A DNA stretch of 64,000 nt from Tubiluchus corallicola (taxonomy: Eukaryota > Animalia > Priapulida): positions 434,001-498,000 of the forward strand of contig JAQGDQ010000021.1 in the NCBI GenBank assembly GCA_030141605.1, given 5' to 3'. A program made the position numbers and the translations under genes. Shown here one piece after another: positions 1 through 12,915 of the stretch (positions are counted from its first letter, which is position 1; each line of letters starts with the position of its first letter). The notes beneath the pieces are model-generated. The model ran no database searches and had not been told where the DNA came from. It worked only from the letters and a program-made list of their open reading frames with translations.

Positions 1-339
1 TTTTGCATTTTTGTGTATTTGTGATTAGGTCAGAATTAATCTCATCTTTAAGTGCAGTTACACTGCAGGCTGTTTTGCATTTACGTGCAGCAAAAATGCT
101 TACCGTAAGCTCATTATATTTCATATTGGATTTAATTCTTTACATTTCTGAAGCCTGTACTGTACAAACCAAGTCATGTGATAAAACCGTGATAAATAAT
201 ATACATCTTGTGCTATTTTCACTGGAACTTTCTACGTACAAGCCTTTTGGCACTCTATTTGTGGTAAAGGCAGAAATAGGATCGGTTCCTAAGCCCTATT
301 TTAATCAATTATGCATCATTAATATTTTTATGATTTCAG

Positions 340-3300
340 CATTACATGGAAGAGCCTTGTTTTGACTGCTTAAGAAGTAAAGAGCAGTTGGGATATGATG
401 TATACAATGAGTACAGCTACACAAGTGGAATCATTGGTTTTCTGCTGTGCATTGAGACACAAGCTGAGAAGTACAGGTAGTTGAAAGAACTAATTTTTTT
501 TGAGTGGGAATAGTATTTCAGTATTTGTAAGGATTGGATGCCAAACTACATTGAAATTGACAAATTTCAGACATGAATAAAATTTCAGAAAATGACAAAG
601 CGATGTACATTGTACATGTATAATAAACTTAAGTAAATAACTGTATCACTAACAGCAGCGGCAACATTGAACAACATTTTCTTTGACAACATTTTCCTTT
701 GCAAACTATTTTATGCCATCCATGCAGAACAGCTTTTGCCTTTCCTCAGCAGAAAATAAGTTTGTATAATTAATTTGTAAGACGGTTTAGAAAATAAGTG
801 TTTGCTTCTTGTCTGTCTACCTTGGATACATGTTTTGGTGTTACTATATTTCTAGATTATTGCTAGGCATGACTTTGCACGTATAAAATCTTATTAGTTG
901 TACATGTTGTAATTTCTAGAAAAATGTAAGCAGCTTGGCTCAATATTCAAACTTTGTAAAATTCATTTCTCTACTTGGTAATTTGTACATTGGTAAAGTT
1001 ATCCTTAGAGAATTCAAAAAGAGTGCACTGAGAAGTTGTTGCTTGCTTGTTGTGCTACTATCTGTATGATATTACATGCGGCCTGTGTCATTGTCACTCT
1101 GACAGGAAGGACAAAAGACATTTGCAAGTTACTTAAATACGCATTGCTGTAAGAGTTGTAGCTTCTAACTATAATTACGTATAGTTGGTCAAGCTTTCAT
1201 GATTAGCCTATTAGTTATGGAGAAGGACAAAGAAAAATAATGATAAGTAATAATAAAAAATTTGCTAACCAATGAGTAACCAACAGTAAATAATGTTTGC
1301 TAGGCTTTCAAGATAGTATGCCAAATAACTCCGTCGTAGAAGATAAATTTTCTGCTTGGAAGTCTCAGGATATATTAATGGTTGTACTAGAATGCGAATA
1401 TCCTATTTGTCACGTGTGTAATTCTAGCTGAGCTAACTTTTATAGCTACATCAGTTTTACAAGGAAAGTATTATCAAGTAAATTATTATTATTGAAACTT
1501 TTCCACTATGTTTAAAATAACCAGTGAACATTAGCAAATAATTAATAATGATGGCATTAATCCGTCAGAAAATGCATTTATCGTATATTTTATTTCCAGT
1601 GCTGAGTATGTAAACAAACGAATAGAAAACTTCTTGAGCACATTTAGACAGAGACTGAGTGATGCAAGCAACATAGAATTCGAGAAGATAGTACGTTAGA
1701 CGCTTAGTTCTACATGCTATTTGTGATTATAAAATTCCTTCTTGATACTTTAATAAAAAAGATACTTGTGATGATGTCTACAAGGCTTAATGTTTCTTAA
1801 GTATTTATGGTACCATTTTTGTGTCAAACTGTAAATGAAACTGAATGCTTATGGGAAAACTCTAAAAGTTCATTTGAAACTGGCCTTGCAAATATTAAAA
1901 TTATTGAAGTGCATTCAAGTAATAATTTCAAAAAAATTGCTAACAATTTTAAATTTTGAAATAGAAACATAGATCATCTCCACTTATAATTACCATTTTT
2001 AATGTTGTTAACCTGCCTTTTTATTATAAGATTCTACTTGCTGGTGCGTAATTATAAAGTCATAGTATGGTTTAAAAGTCATCTTCATCTGTTTTGTTAG
2101 TTGCATCTGTTGCCTTATTTTAGAAAAAGTCACTGATAGTGTTAAAGGAAACGGATGATAGTGATATGAGTGAGGAAGTTTCCAGACACTGGGAGCAGAT
2201 AATGAGCAGAAATTACGTATTTGACAGACTTGATCGAGAGGTATTATTAAAAAGCACAAATCAGTTTGACATATTTTCTATACGAGATTCGTGTTGTGCG
2301 AGTGCAGCCAGACTGGTATGTTTATTAGTAATACACATTATGTTCCTAAGTGTATTGTCCTGTTTTTATATCTTGCTTCCTGTTTTATTACCATCAAAAG
2401 TTAATGGTTTTTTTTGTTTTGTCAGCCGTTTATTACCATTCGTAATAAAGTGGTACAATATATGCATGTACACAGTAAACTTAGATTTATTAACCATTAT
2501 TAAATTGCCAGAAGAATTGTGTAGGCTGAGACTGGCCGAAAAATCCTAGTCTAAACTCTGTGAACAGCTCATCTCAAAATTACTTCACGTTTTCCGATAA
2601 GAAAAAGTATGCTGTGATGTACAGCGAAGTTAACAGATGTATTGTCTTTATAACAAAGGAGCAATTAATTACTTTGTAGGTGGATTGCCTAAAAACTTTG
2701 ACAAAAGATAACTTGATGAACCGGCTCACTGCAATGATATCTGACCATAAAAAGAAAATATCTGTACAGGTTTGTGCTTTCTCAAACGTGCTTCATTTCT
2801 GTTAAAATACTATACAATTAACTAACTTTGTGTTCTCACCCTTTTAAATGAATAAGGTGCCGGGATCTATTGCTTGTGTTTGTTGTGCAGAGACAAATTT
2901 GCATGTTGTTAAAAAATTGTGAATTACAGTACATGTAGAGTATATGCAGTGTTGTCAGTGATCGTGAAACAATTGATGAGGTCATGATCATTAGAAAATT
3001 TTTGATTTAAGATCATGATCTAGATTGATTTTTAGAGTTGTTTGCCCTGCGATCCCAATCCCTACCGTGATCAAATAGTAATGCACTAAGCACGGTTTAT
3101 CTTTGGTACAGTTACTGCAGTTTCTCCAAGTGCACTATAGCATCAGAGTATGTATGTACATGTACAGTACGTCAAAACGTTTATTTAACCTACATTATAA
3201 ATTTTTCAGTTAAGAACAGATTCCCATGCATTATTTTATTTTTTATGGAAAGAATGGGATCTTTTAACACCATTTCATTTAACACCACATTTTGCTATAA

Positions 3301-3982
3301 CATATTACTAACAGCCAATGCAAAAAAAGTCTAGCTGTACACTCAAACTTGGTGGGATAACAAACACAATTATATCTTAAATCGCATTATGCAGTCAAAT
3401 TTTAAGTTATAATTTGTCATTGCAGGTGATCTGCCCTGCTTCTGGGGACAGAGTGTCAAGAGTACCTGATGGAGTGGAACAAAACCATGCACAAGTTGAA
3501 CAAAAGTTAGATGCGCCAAATGAATTTAAAAGCACAGAGAAAGTAGACAGAGAACTGGTACTTTTAATTCATTCTTCATAATTTGTAAGTTCTCTGTATA
3601 GTAGGTGCAGAGCTGGGTGGTTGCTAAATTTCCCATGTTCCACATTGTAAGGAAAAAAGCTGTCTTGTTTGCTATGACAGTGAGCAATAATTTTTGTGCA
3701 TAATAAATTCATCTCGTCTGATTCCTTAGCTTAACTTTAACTAAGCTGCATGTTAATTAACCATAACTTAACCAACTAATCTAAAGAGAATTTGAACCTT
3801 TTTAATTCTTTATCAACTTTCAGATTCCTGAATTCGAAAAGACATCAATTAGGTCAGTACCATTCAACATCAAGCTGCATGTTTTAACACCATATAAAGA
3901 AAATATTAATAATTACATCACGGATATCACATCGTTCAAGAGGTCGCTGTATGTATATCCTGTCACAAAGATAACTACTTGA
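340..3982 (+). CDS. NRDC: Nardilysin (M16A/insulinase family metallopeptidase), 3' part; gene begins left of the window
   Basis: GT-AG exons 340-476, 1600-1690, 2124-2240, 2680-2769, 3426-3557 and 3824-3982 (TGA) join in frame. They read HYMEEPCFDCLRSKEQLGYDVY...SGIIGF...TQAEKYSAEYVNKRIENFLSTF...EEVSRHWEQIMSRNYVFDRLDRE...YITDITSFKRSLYVYPVTKITT*, matching the nardilysin C-terminal half (human MEEPCFDFLRTKQTLGY...TQATKYNSEVVDKKIEEFL). Confidence 0.9.
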
Positions 3983-4149
3983 CACTGCTTAATATTATCT
4001 TAGCTTGTATATTTTTGAGGCAGTTTTGATGCAGTTTTGCATGGTGCTTGATTAGAAAGCTTATTGTATTTGAATATAATGGAGTGCGTCAGTTTGTCCG
4101 TCTGCATAGTATTCCTTTTTGTATACACACATTGAATGTTGTCACATTA

Positions 4150-4207
4150 AATAAATGTGTTCTCTGGCGTTTTTAATTATTTATTATTAAAAAAACAGAT
4201 GAATAAA
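4150..4207 (+). promoter_or_regulatory. Candidate polyadenylation signals of NRDC (AATAAA at 4150-4155 and 4202-4207)
   Basis: Canonical hexamers about 170 and 220 nt after the NRDC stop; the first is followed by a T/GT-rich tract. Confidence 0.5.
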
Positions 4208-4224
4208 TATGAATTTTTAGTTCT

Positions 4225-4230
4225 TTTATT
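4225..4230 (-). promoter_or_regulatory. Candidate polyadenylation signal of MTAP-A
   Basis: TTTATT on + is AATAAA on -. It lies in a block (~4175-4350) recognisably homologous to ~21120-21270 downstream of MTAP-B. Confidence 0.5.
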
Positions 4231-4423
4231 TGTTCCTCACCAAAAACAAAATATATCCATTTTATAACAACATTTACTTCAATATTATATACATAAACAC
4301 ATATATATATATATCGATCATCAAATTTCATGGTACTAAGGTCTCTTGAATTTAGTGTGCTACGATATTTACTCTATAAGGGGTGTTGAAGAGTGCAGAA
4401 AATATTCTAAGCATATGTTTTAA

Positions 4424-4477
4424 TTAACTCTTTTCCCGACGGGTACATACAGTTACCCGTCACGGGTGAAGGGTAAA
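4424..4477. repeat. ~50-bp palindrome with piggyBac-like ends (TTAA-CTCTT...AAGGG-TAAA)
   Basis: ttaactcttttcccgacgggta-catacagt-tacccgtcacgggtgaagggtaaa; the arms are imperfect reverse complements. Confidence 0.5.
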
Positions 4478-5934
4478 AACAATTCTTTATTAACTAAAGC
4501 TTCCTCTTTCCAAATTTAATGAAACTTCAAAAAGAAACAGCTAAACTACAAGCCAAGCAAATTATGTAAGAACAAAAAAGGTTCTGTTATATTCTTTGTT
4601 CTCAGGCTTTGAAGAAGTTTTTAGAAATCTAATGGATAAAATTCATGCTTTGCACTTGTACAGCATCTCGGCCTAGCAGCAAACGTTGATTTGCCCTGCG
4701 GTCATTAACACTGGCTATTATTAGCATGCCAAGGTAATTTTTGTTGTCATCTGGATGTGTGTTCACAGAATGTAACAACAGCAAGCGCTGACAGGGAACA
4801 GTACTCTGAACACACTTAAATGTTGTTATGTTTTTGAACGTCCAATACAAAGAATAAAAAAATTATTAAGAGCATAGCGTTTTTATGTTTTTGAAATTTT
4901 GAACAGTTTCATACCTGGATTTATCACTTAGGTACCTTAGCAATCAATTACATGTATATAGTAACTAACGGTAATTTCCATAAATTTTTCTTGTTAATAA
5001 TATTGTGTATACGCTACGAAGCTTTTAACCTGTGAAAAATCTGTTGCAAGTAAAATGCATAAAACAATAATTATGATGCACGCTAAATTACTGTACAACT
5101 GCTGATCATGCTGGGGGAGTGCCGTCTGTTAATTCAAGAGCCGTGCATCTTTAAGATAGTTAGTAAATATCAAAGTGAAACTTAGTTAATTGACTTAATA
5201 AAAAAGTTGTTTCATTACATCTATATTTATTACAGTTTAGGACACATTGATAGACTGATACATTTACCATTAAATTATAATATTTTTAATTGGTTGGATA
5301 CAACATTAACTGCACCAATTAATAACTATATAAGTACATACATTGATCAACATAGTCTCGCTACTTCTAGCATTTTAATCTAAATAGTTCCCATTCATTT
5401 ACGTTCCATGATTTATCACATAACTCAGTTTACTCATTGCTGCTAAATCATATATATTTCTTTACCAAGTAACTCACTTAGTAAGTTCTACACTGACACC
5501 CAAAATATACCTTCCTGGCTGTCATGTGCAATGATCAACATTCAATTTACTTGGCATTTAGTAAATGTTACTTTGATTTTAAATTAAAATTACGGCGTAA
5601 ATCGGTAACAACCAAATGTGAAATTAACAATTTCATAGAAATAATGCAACTAGATAATTGTGTAATGAAAGCACACACATTGTACAAAATACTGAAATTT
5701 TGACCAATTCCAAAAAACTCTACCGAATTCTAATTCAAATTCAAAATAGGTTAAGTTCACGCCCTGTTATTAATATTACAAATATGCCAGCATTCCATCC
5801 TATGTTCGTTTTCTCAGGTTCACCGGAAATTTTTTTTTATAAAAAGATGTGTAATAAGACAAATGTAAAACTAACATTAATACTGACAACAAATTTGCAA
5901 TCTTAACTCCATGCTAGATTCTTTTTTGAGTAGT

Positions 5935-8900
5935 TTATACCCCCATTACTGAAGCTTCAGCAATTGCCTAAAAATCCACAAAAAATTAGATCGTACAAGT
6001 AAAAACAATTAAATTGACTAGAAAAATACAGAAAAACTGTTTAACTTCTGATGCAGTTAAATATAGTTGCTTACTTATTTTGCCAGTACTTTAAAATATA
6101 GTTTTGTAGATCATCTCCATAATTAAGCAATGCTAGCTCTAATGATTGCTGGATTACTTAATGAAACTGTGACTTAACTCTTACCATTTTTTCGTGCAAA
6201 CTTCAGTACAGGTGCTTTGGCAACACTTTAATATCAATACAGATGCTGTACCATTTCTATTGGTAGATGTAATCATAATTATGTGCCCTATCTTCGTACT
6301 GGTATGTAAGAACAAAAAACTGATGATATTTTTTCTAGTTTCTCTAATACATTACTTAATTTAGGCCAATACAGTTCTTCCTAAACATGTTTAATACAAT
6401 TATATGTATTGTGTATTTGCTTACTACGACATTTTTTCACATTCTAAACAATGCATAAAATTCAAAGTTATTAGTAATGTCAAAAGACACTATATAATTA
6501 TGACAATTATGTAATGCAATCAACACATAAGAGTCAAATAACCTCTGTATGTTACAGTAGTAAACATGTAACCATTTTAATGTAGAAGAAGACAGCTGCT
6601 GACAGTTTCAGAACTAAAAGGAAACCTAAGAGATTTAGGATGTTTTTGCATGCCCCATGTCAGCAGAGAAGAGTCACCAATGTTTGAAGTTCCAGAAAAT
6701 ATAATAATTGTACCAAAAGTTGGACTCTAAATCCACCAGAGAAAAGTTCAGTAATAATTTAATATTTTCAGTGGGAGCTCTAGTTACAAAAGGATTTTGA
6801 GAACTAATTCTGTTTAATTAAAGTATCATGAAGTCTCTTATTTCTCTGTTGAATAATTAATAAGGTGAACATTAGCTGTGGGTTGAGCAGTGCCATTTCA
6901 TGCACTCTTTAATACTGGTGGATGAAACTATCTCATTAGTCTCATATCTTGTCTCTTTTTTCATAAGCATATATTAAGTACTCACCCGATTTTCACGTAC
7001 TGTATCACTCCAGTCATGAGCTGCAATCTTTGGCACGACGGCCCATAAAACATCTGTTGCTTTTGTGCCATTAGACTTTAACGTGTTCAATGCTTGTTCT
7101 ACAGACACCTAAGGAAGAATGCATTTAGGTGACTGATCAACTAGGCAACAATGATTACAGAAGGTCAAACCCACTCTGTAGGGCAAGAAACGGGAATATT
7201 CAAAACTTTCCATATAAATTTTCTTAATTTAGATATTTTTTTGGCTATTTATCTGGCAAATGCTTCGTCAAAATTATGTGAAAGGTCTTAAATTGCAAAG
7301 ACATGCAGAAATTAAGCAGGAATTTCACAAATTTGGCTACTTATGTGTCATTTTCTATCAGTACAAAATGGACTTCAGACAATGGTCTGCAATAGTTATC
7401 AATTTCAAAGTAATGTCACTGCCCATTTAGGTCAAATTCAACTCGAAAATAAAAGTTTACTAACTGGTTCTTCTGATTCATGCCAGCTGTCGTAGTCTGT
7501 AGCCATAGCTAGAGTTGCATAGCATAATCCGACTTCTTTCGCTAATACAACCTGGCAAATATCAAAAACAAATAAATTATAAAAATGCAACAAAAGAAAG
7601 AAAATATCTAAAGTATCAGCTCCAAGACTGATAACGGCAATAATGCACCAGTATTTTTTCTAAATAACACGTTAGGTGTTAAGTCAAAAAGAGAAGCTGC
7701 CTCAACTCCCAAAATGCCAAATTTAGTATAGTAAATTCCTCTTGCAGGTTATTTCAGGTTAATGATGCAATTGCTAATTGCTAGCTGCTAACTGTGTTAA
7801 CTGCTGAAGCTTATTACATTATTTCAAGGCAAAAAATTGCCAAGAGCTCAAATTTCCAGACTAGATGACAAAAACATTAGCTAGTTCTATCAGTACAAGC
7901 TGGTATATTTATTGTTAGATGTTGAGTACTCTTTTATGTACACAGTTAGAGTAAGCCTTCCAGCAGACTGACATGGACAAACAACAGAAAATTTTAATAT
8001 CTGTTTGTCTTCAATGAATATAGAAACTGTACCTCTGGCACAGTTGTCATGTTAACTGTGTCTGCTCCCCACTGTCTCCATAACTTGCTTTCTGCTTTAG
8101 ATGAAAACCTTGGTCCCTCTATTGTCACAGTTGTTCCTGTAGGTTGGCAGTTGAAGCCTAGCTCTTTCACAGTTTCGTATAAAATCTAGAACAAGAGTGT
8201 GACTGTTAAAAAGTGCATTCTGATATATTACAGGCTTCACAACACAATTCATTTCTGGCATTTTCTTTCCAAGGCTCCTAACCAACTGCAGGATGTTCTT
8301 AAATTTCTAATTTTAAAATCTTCCACTTTTTAATTTGCCTCTCTATTTTTTTAAAAAAAAAATAATTATGTTTAGGTGTTGAATAGTCTACTTTTATATA
8401 ATTTGTGTTCATAATTTTGTATGAACATGTTTTATTATTACAATATGCGACAATAAAGCAATTTTTCAAATTATGTCTGATATTATACTTAGATTGGAAT
8501 AGAATTTTATTTTTTACATGGAGCACATTAGATTGTATATACAATACTTCCATACTGGTTCATGGCACATTAGTAGTAGTAACACAATACCTTAATACAC
8601 TTACATACAATTTCTGTGTTGTTTAACAAACAGCTTAAAACAAAATAAAGCTACTACAACCATAAAGCTTTTAGCAAGAATGTAAAACTGTCTCGTTATT
8701 TTCTTCTTACACAGCAACCAGCTACCAAATAGCCAGGAACGAAAATGTAAAACAAGACAGTGTGCCCAGCAATGCAAATGAAATTACACCCAAACTCATT
8801 ATAACACCCCCTTTATAATGCCAATTTTGCTTATCATCCAAATTTTTAGCAAAACAAAATATCATATTCACATAGACGCATTAATGCAGATATTAATGCA

Positions 8901-11900
8901 CCTCGTTATAATACCGTATGTATTAATGCACCTTGTTTTATAATGATAAACTCACTTAACATCAACTGTTTTTGCTGTCCCGAAGTAGGTGGTATAAATA
9001 GATTTGACTACTGATAACAACATTTTTATTTACCTTACTAGTAAGAGAACAAAAAGGCTTATCTAGTGGAATGTGACACAGTCCTTTAGCTTCCGGACAT
9101 GTACCATCGTAGAATGTTTGACACCGCTTTTGCGTCCTAGAAAAAGATAGAAACTAAAAAAATGAAAAAAATTAGTGACCTGTCACATAGATACTAAACC
9201 AGATGGAAATTTTCTTGACCCTAACGAGTCTTGTGAACTTGTTTATTCATTCCAGAGCCTTCTTAGGGTTGGTCCACCGGGTTACTACATCTCAGGAACT
9301 GAAAACGGGTGTATATGGTGTAAGACAGCCCAAATGCAAATGCATTTGTGGCCCAACTCAGTGTAACTCGACATCGAACTTCGCAAACATCAAATGTGAC
9401 AGTGAGCAAACACTCTCTTTTGAGTACAGTGCCAAATCAAACCAGAGCAGGAAATTAATGAAGGATTATTATATTAACTTAATAGACAATATCATAACTG
9501 TGTGGTTAGGATTATACAGATTGGTTTTCTATACATTTTCTGATTTTATTGTGAGAATATTGTGAGAACAACCACACAGAGACACAAATGCCCTTCCTGT
9601 GCTCTGACTACTGTCTGTTTACATAACAAATGATAGTTTCGTACCTGTCAATAAACTGATCCAATACGACAAAATCACCGGGTGGAATATGTTCCCGTAA
9701 TGACCCACATGCCGATGTCACTATTAGATGAGTACAACCCTCGTCTTTCATAGCCCAAACATTTGCACGATAATTAACAAGGGATGGCATTATGGTGTGG
9801 CTGCGACCATGCCTAGAAAAGATAGGCAATTTTCAGAACTTTTCAAAATGATTCACACATCAAAAAGCATTATTACCATTATTGCAGTACTCTGATCAAA
9901 GGCAAGGCTCGATTAGAATCATTAGAATATCGTTAGAAAATCTGTTAACAAAAAAGAGATCATGAAACGTATAGCAATTTCCTATAAAACACGTCACAAG
10001 TTAGGGCTTGATAAGAGAAGGTACCATTGCACCAAACACTACATGTGTGTAAATTTGTGGTAATTCTTGAACAAAATTATAATTTTTTCCCATCATCTAC
10101 CGCTATTCTACCTCCTCAATCCTCTTTACTTTTTTAATGTGTTAAAACTAATCAAGCAGTTATAAATAAGAAAAAAAATACATTTGTAAGTTTTTTTCTT
10201 TAAAATTAATTTTAGAGGCAAATTCTTCCACTTTCATGTACCACTTCCAATTTGAAACACCACTAAATAAGTGTCTCAAAACACCTTAGTAAACAGGTAG
10301 TCTCTATGTGTAGACTAATATGTAGTATAAAAGTTTAAAATATTATTGAATTAATGAACGACCCTGAATGGTTTATGTTCATTATTATACATGTACAAAT
10401 ATTCAGTTCAAAATCCCAAATACCTAAGACGATTGAACAGCTAAATTTGTCATACGCATTAAAGTTATGCCATGCTGGGGTTGGCCAGTGAATGGCTCAT
10501 GCCAGCCTAGGTTCAATAATTGCTCTAAGCAGTTTTATTTGCCACACTGATTCTAGCTGTTTACATAGTTCAAGGAGGATGTAGATTTGGGTATAACTAA
10601 GACATCTCATTGGTTTAGTGGTTTGTGCCTCAAATTACACTAAGAGGATTAGCCTAGACAATGAGGTAGGCTCTGGTCTCACCACAAATATCAATGTTAA
10701 ATAAGCCCTCATTCTAAATATTACATATTACAGTGTGCCAAATTGTATTTAAAAAAGTAAATTAAAATACTAATTAGTTACTACATGATACTTTTTAGCA
10801 CCAAATCATGAGAGCTTACCTTGCTAGCAGTACACAGTCAACACCACTGATTTTTCCGCATATTAATGAATCTGATGGCTGAAATATATTTGAAAGAGCT
10901 AAGATAAAATGACAACAAATTTTAATTCCATGCGTATTATAATGCTTATTGTCAAATTCTTTTTATTTGAAACTGAAAAAATTGTTTTTTCTATAGTGAT
11001 GGCAAGCCGGGAGAGGGGAGAGGATCTAAGCAGATATACATACGAAGTATATTATTAAAATTTTACATTAAGTTTTGAGATGTAAACCGAAACGTGAGTA
11101 CTCCTTCTCACCTAATGAAACTATCTGCAGGCATATGCCTGTTTGAATATCTACCACAAAAAGAGGTTAAATATGCAACATGCGTGATATTTTTCTACAT
11201 GAAGATAGACCCCGCGCTTTCATATATATTTGTTATACATGCAGGCAATTACGAAAGTTGACAGCTTAAACTGTACACTGAAATATTAATTTCCTGAAAA
11301 CTTAAAATGGTGCTAAACACTGATAATCATCATCACTCTAAATAACCATTATCATTACCTGTCCAAATGGTGTGGAACAGCTTTTCTCTTGCCTGTTTTC
11401 CAAGATGTCTGTATTATCCAACCCTGTACCACCAATTATCCCTATCTATAAAATTAAATCTGCGAAATAAACAGGGGCATATTAACCAATAGGCTAACTA
11501 GGCCATAGCTGAGGGCGTCAAAGTTTGAGGGACCTCACATTTTAGAAAAAATTCTCCTCGGAAAATGTGTATACTTTCATATATATGCAAAGGCGCATTT
11601 TATAATACACCACAGGCAGTTACTAATATAAGTGCTACATAAAGAACAGATGCGGGTTATTACACAACAAGCATTTGCTTGAACACAAGCGCATACAAAT
11701 GCATGTAATTAATAATAACCACGTAGAACCTAGGTTAATAGTGTTTCTAATACACCATAAATAATTATTTAATCTCCTCATTACATAAGCGACCGCAAAA
11801 TAAATTCACAATAGAGGTGGGTGGGACAGAACTATTAGTCTAGACTAGAGCACAGTAAAGTCCTGATACGCCCCTGGAAGTAAGAAAAATTATAAAAATT

Positions 11901-12056
11901 TAATTTAACAGTACGAAATTTTGTTCACGTTTAGGCCGGAGAACTAAGTAACACATCCATGAATGCAGAAGACAGAGACACAATGATAACCATATACACG
12001 AGTTGTTAATGATATCCCAGAATTATTGGCCATAACAAACGTACCTTGACCTTCAT
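5935..12056 (-). CDS. MTAP: S-methyl-5'-thioadenosine phosphorylase, paralogue A (274 aa, intact)
   Basis: Minus-strand exons 12056-12045, 11445-11359, 10878-10820, 9812-9645, 9136-9034, 8185-8033, 7551-7465, 7108-6986 and 5967-5935 (TAA); 825 nt, all GT-AG. Motifs: [58 protein letters not shown]. Confidence 0.96.
11472..11876 (+). mobile_element. hAT-type MITE (~405 bp) in the intron after the MTAP-A start exon
   Basis: Termini CAGGGGCATATTAA / CTGATACGCCCCTG. The flanking 8-mers GAAATAAA and GAAGTAAG match 6/8, consistent with a decayed 8-bp TSD. An inverted second copy lies at 13480-13876. Confidence 0.75.
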
Positions 12057-12915
12057 GTTTTTGATGAGTTTTTGCCTTGTTCCTCACTGCTCTTGTACTG
12101 CAAATAATCTAAAAATATAAAATACCAGGTGATAGTGTTTAGCTGCGTGACAGAGAATGCAATAAGTTTTCTAGTGCAAGAAAGCAGAAGGGAACTTATC
12201 AATGTATAGCTGCTAGGAAAATTGCCCAGGTCGGCAACAAAACGTTCTAGTAACTTTTGTGCTGAAACGTTAGTCTTAAATTTTCTCATTTTAGTAAATT
12301 TAGTCGTTTTCGTTGCTGAAAGTTTGTCAACTAATGTTTTTAAGCAATTTTGCACATTTCAATAGATTCATTGATTTAAACATTTCTAGCAGAGCTTCAG
12401 TGACATTATGTAGTATCTGTGTTAGGCAGTTTTACTTTTGCCTATCTTCTAAGTGCTAGCAGAAGTACTAACCTAACTTTTGATTTCATGAACACAAAAT
12501 GCGGACATTACCTAATTTTGATTATTAAGGATATCATACTTGTTTTTGTTACTCAAAGCTTGTCAACTGGCGTTTTGAAATAAGTTTATCAATTTCGTAG
12601 AAGGCATAAACTTCATTAAGCGTTACGCAGTACCTGTGTTAAATAATTTTACTTAAATTTCCTATCTTCAAAATAAAGAAAGCGTTGGTACTCGTAGGCC
12701 TTAGTACTATAGCACATGTATACTAACTTTAACATGCTCAAAGTAGGAAAATTGCCTAATCTAGTTAGCAATGCTGTACGTCGCCATTTACCAGAATTAA
12801 TGCTGAATTATTCTTAAATTATTGAAAGTTACTGCACCCTGTATAAAGCCCAAAAACAGTTCTCATAAAATAAATTTATAATTATTGTTTTTATTAAATA
12901 GAATCGAATTACGGT

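Noticed and set aside
3-365. 120-aa ORF at the left edge, including a possible donor ACC|GTAAGC at 105/106
   Set aside because: It has no convincing similarity to the preceding nardilysin exon, and it overlaps the real exon at 340 in a different frame. A short upstream exon ending at 105 is possible but unsupported.
2139-2549. 136-aa ORF with a hydrophobic C-terminal part
   Set aside because: Only 2124-2240 is a nardilysin exon; the rest is read-through past a GT donor into T-rich intron.
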